From Pseudomonadota bacterium (lineage in GTDB: Bacteria; Pseudomonadota; Gammaproteobacteria; JAADHS01): DNA of 64,000 nucleotides. The notes under the pieces were generated by a model. That model did no database searches. It was not told where the DNA came from and saw only the letters and a list, made by a program, of their open reading frames with translations. The stretch is from the NCBI GenBank assembly GCA_021821045.1, contig JAKACW010000020.1, positions 4,487-68,486 on the forward strand. The letters are read 5' to 3'. The position numbers and the translations under genes were made by a program. This document shows, in pieces, positions 63,639 to 64,000 of the stretch (positions are counted from its first letter, which is position 1; every line of letters begins with the position of its first letter).

Positions 63639-64000
63639 ATGCGGTTTGATGTGATTACGCTGTTTCCCGAAATGTTCGCCGCGCTAACCGCGGGCGGCGT
63701 GACGGGCAGAGCCATCGAGCGGGGACAAGTCAGCGTCGAGCTGTGGAATCCGCGGGACTATGCCACCGATCGTTACCGCACGGTGGATGATCGTCCTTAC
63801 GGCGGCGGTCCGGGCATGGTGATGAAGTTCGAGCCGCTGGCGGCAGCCATCGGCGCGGCGGCTGCGGATGCAGTCGAACCGGCCCGGGTGGTGTACTTAT
63901 CGCCCCAGGGTGCGCGCCTTGATCAAGCCGGCGTGCGGCGCCTGGCGGGATTTCAGCGTATCATGCTGATCGCCGGCCGCTACGAGGCGATAGACGAACG
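63639..64000 (+). CDS. trmD: tRNA (guanine37-N1)-methyltransferase TrmD (5' part; continues beyond the window)
   Basis: [13 protein letters not shown]...[13 protein letters not shown]. Truncated by the window edge. Confidence 0.95.
   Translation, partial: MRFDVITLFPEMFAALTAGGVTGRAIERGQVSVELWNPRDYATDRYRTVDDRPYGGGPGMVMKFEPLAAAIGAAAADAVEPARVVYLSPQGARLDQAGVRRLAGFQRIMLIAGRYEAIDE

Overview
This is a GC-rich, densely coding chromosomal window of gammaproteobacterial type, with about 55 protein genes. I found no rRNA, tRNA, CRISPR array, transposase or phage genes.

Gene content, left to right:
- 28-10552, all minus strand: genes for exported, lipoprotein and outer-membrane proteins. They include a TPR / DUF3570-like / DUF4266-like / TlpA operon, two beta-barrel OMPs, and a 1064-aa PD40 beta-propeller lipoprotein with three CXXCH heme-c motifs (HzsA-related type).
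- 10839-16091: a J-like membrane protein, a small OMP, an Ig-like lipoprotein and an O-methyltransferase.
- 16617-20168: an MCE/Mla-like ABC transporter operon.
- 20248-22846: LysR with divergent azoR and pirin.
- 22970-31224: a GDT1-family transporter, a PAS histidine kinase, an AEC transporter, an OmpR-type regulator with a GAF-PAS hybrid kinase, then an MddA-like membrane methyltransferase and an ArsM-like methyltransferase.
- 31284-37012: a four-gene minus-strand operon (exported anchored protein, acidic membrane protein, REC-TPR regulator, sensorless kinase).
- 37139-48394: a phosphohexomutase, a CPA2 antiporter, an ICMT-domain membrane protein with a hybrid kinase, a HAMP protein, a Kelch protein, a VKOR-DsbA fusion and yqiB.
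- 49022-57738: a complete seven-gene Wsp-type chemosensory/diguanylate cyclase operon.
- Right end: core synteny yfjD-ypjD / (phosphodiesterase) / ffh-rpsP-rimM-trmD.

One REP-like palindromic repeat family with three loop variants fills many intergenic gaps. When translated it creates false N-terminal extensions in the ORF track.

The most unusual element is absent from the ORF track. It is a 29-codon minus-strand micro-ORF at 16318-16407 made only of Met, Gly and one Arg (MGGGMGGRGGMGGGGMGGGMGGGGMGGGM). It has a GGAGG Shine-Dalgarno and its own intrinsic terminator.

All functional calls come from motif and architecture recognition by eye. No database search was run.
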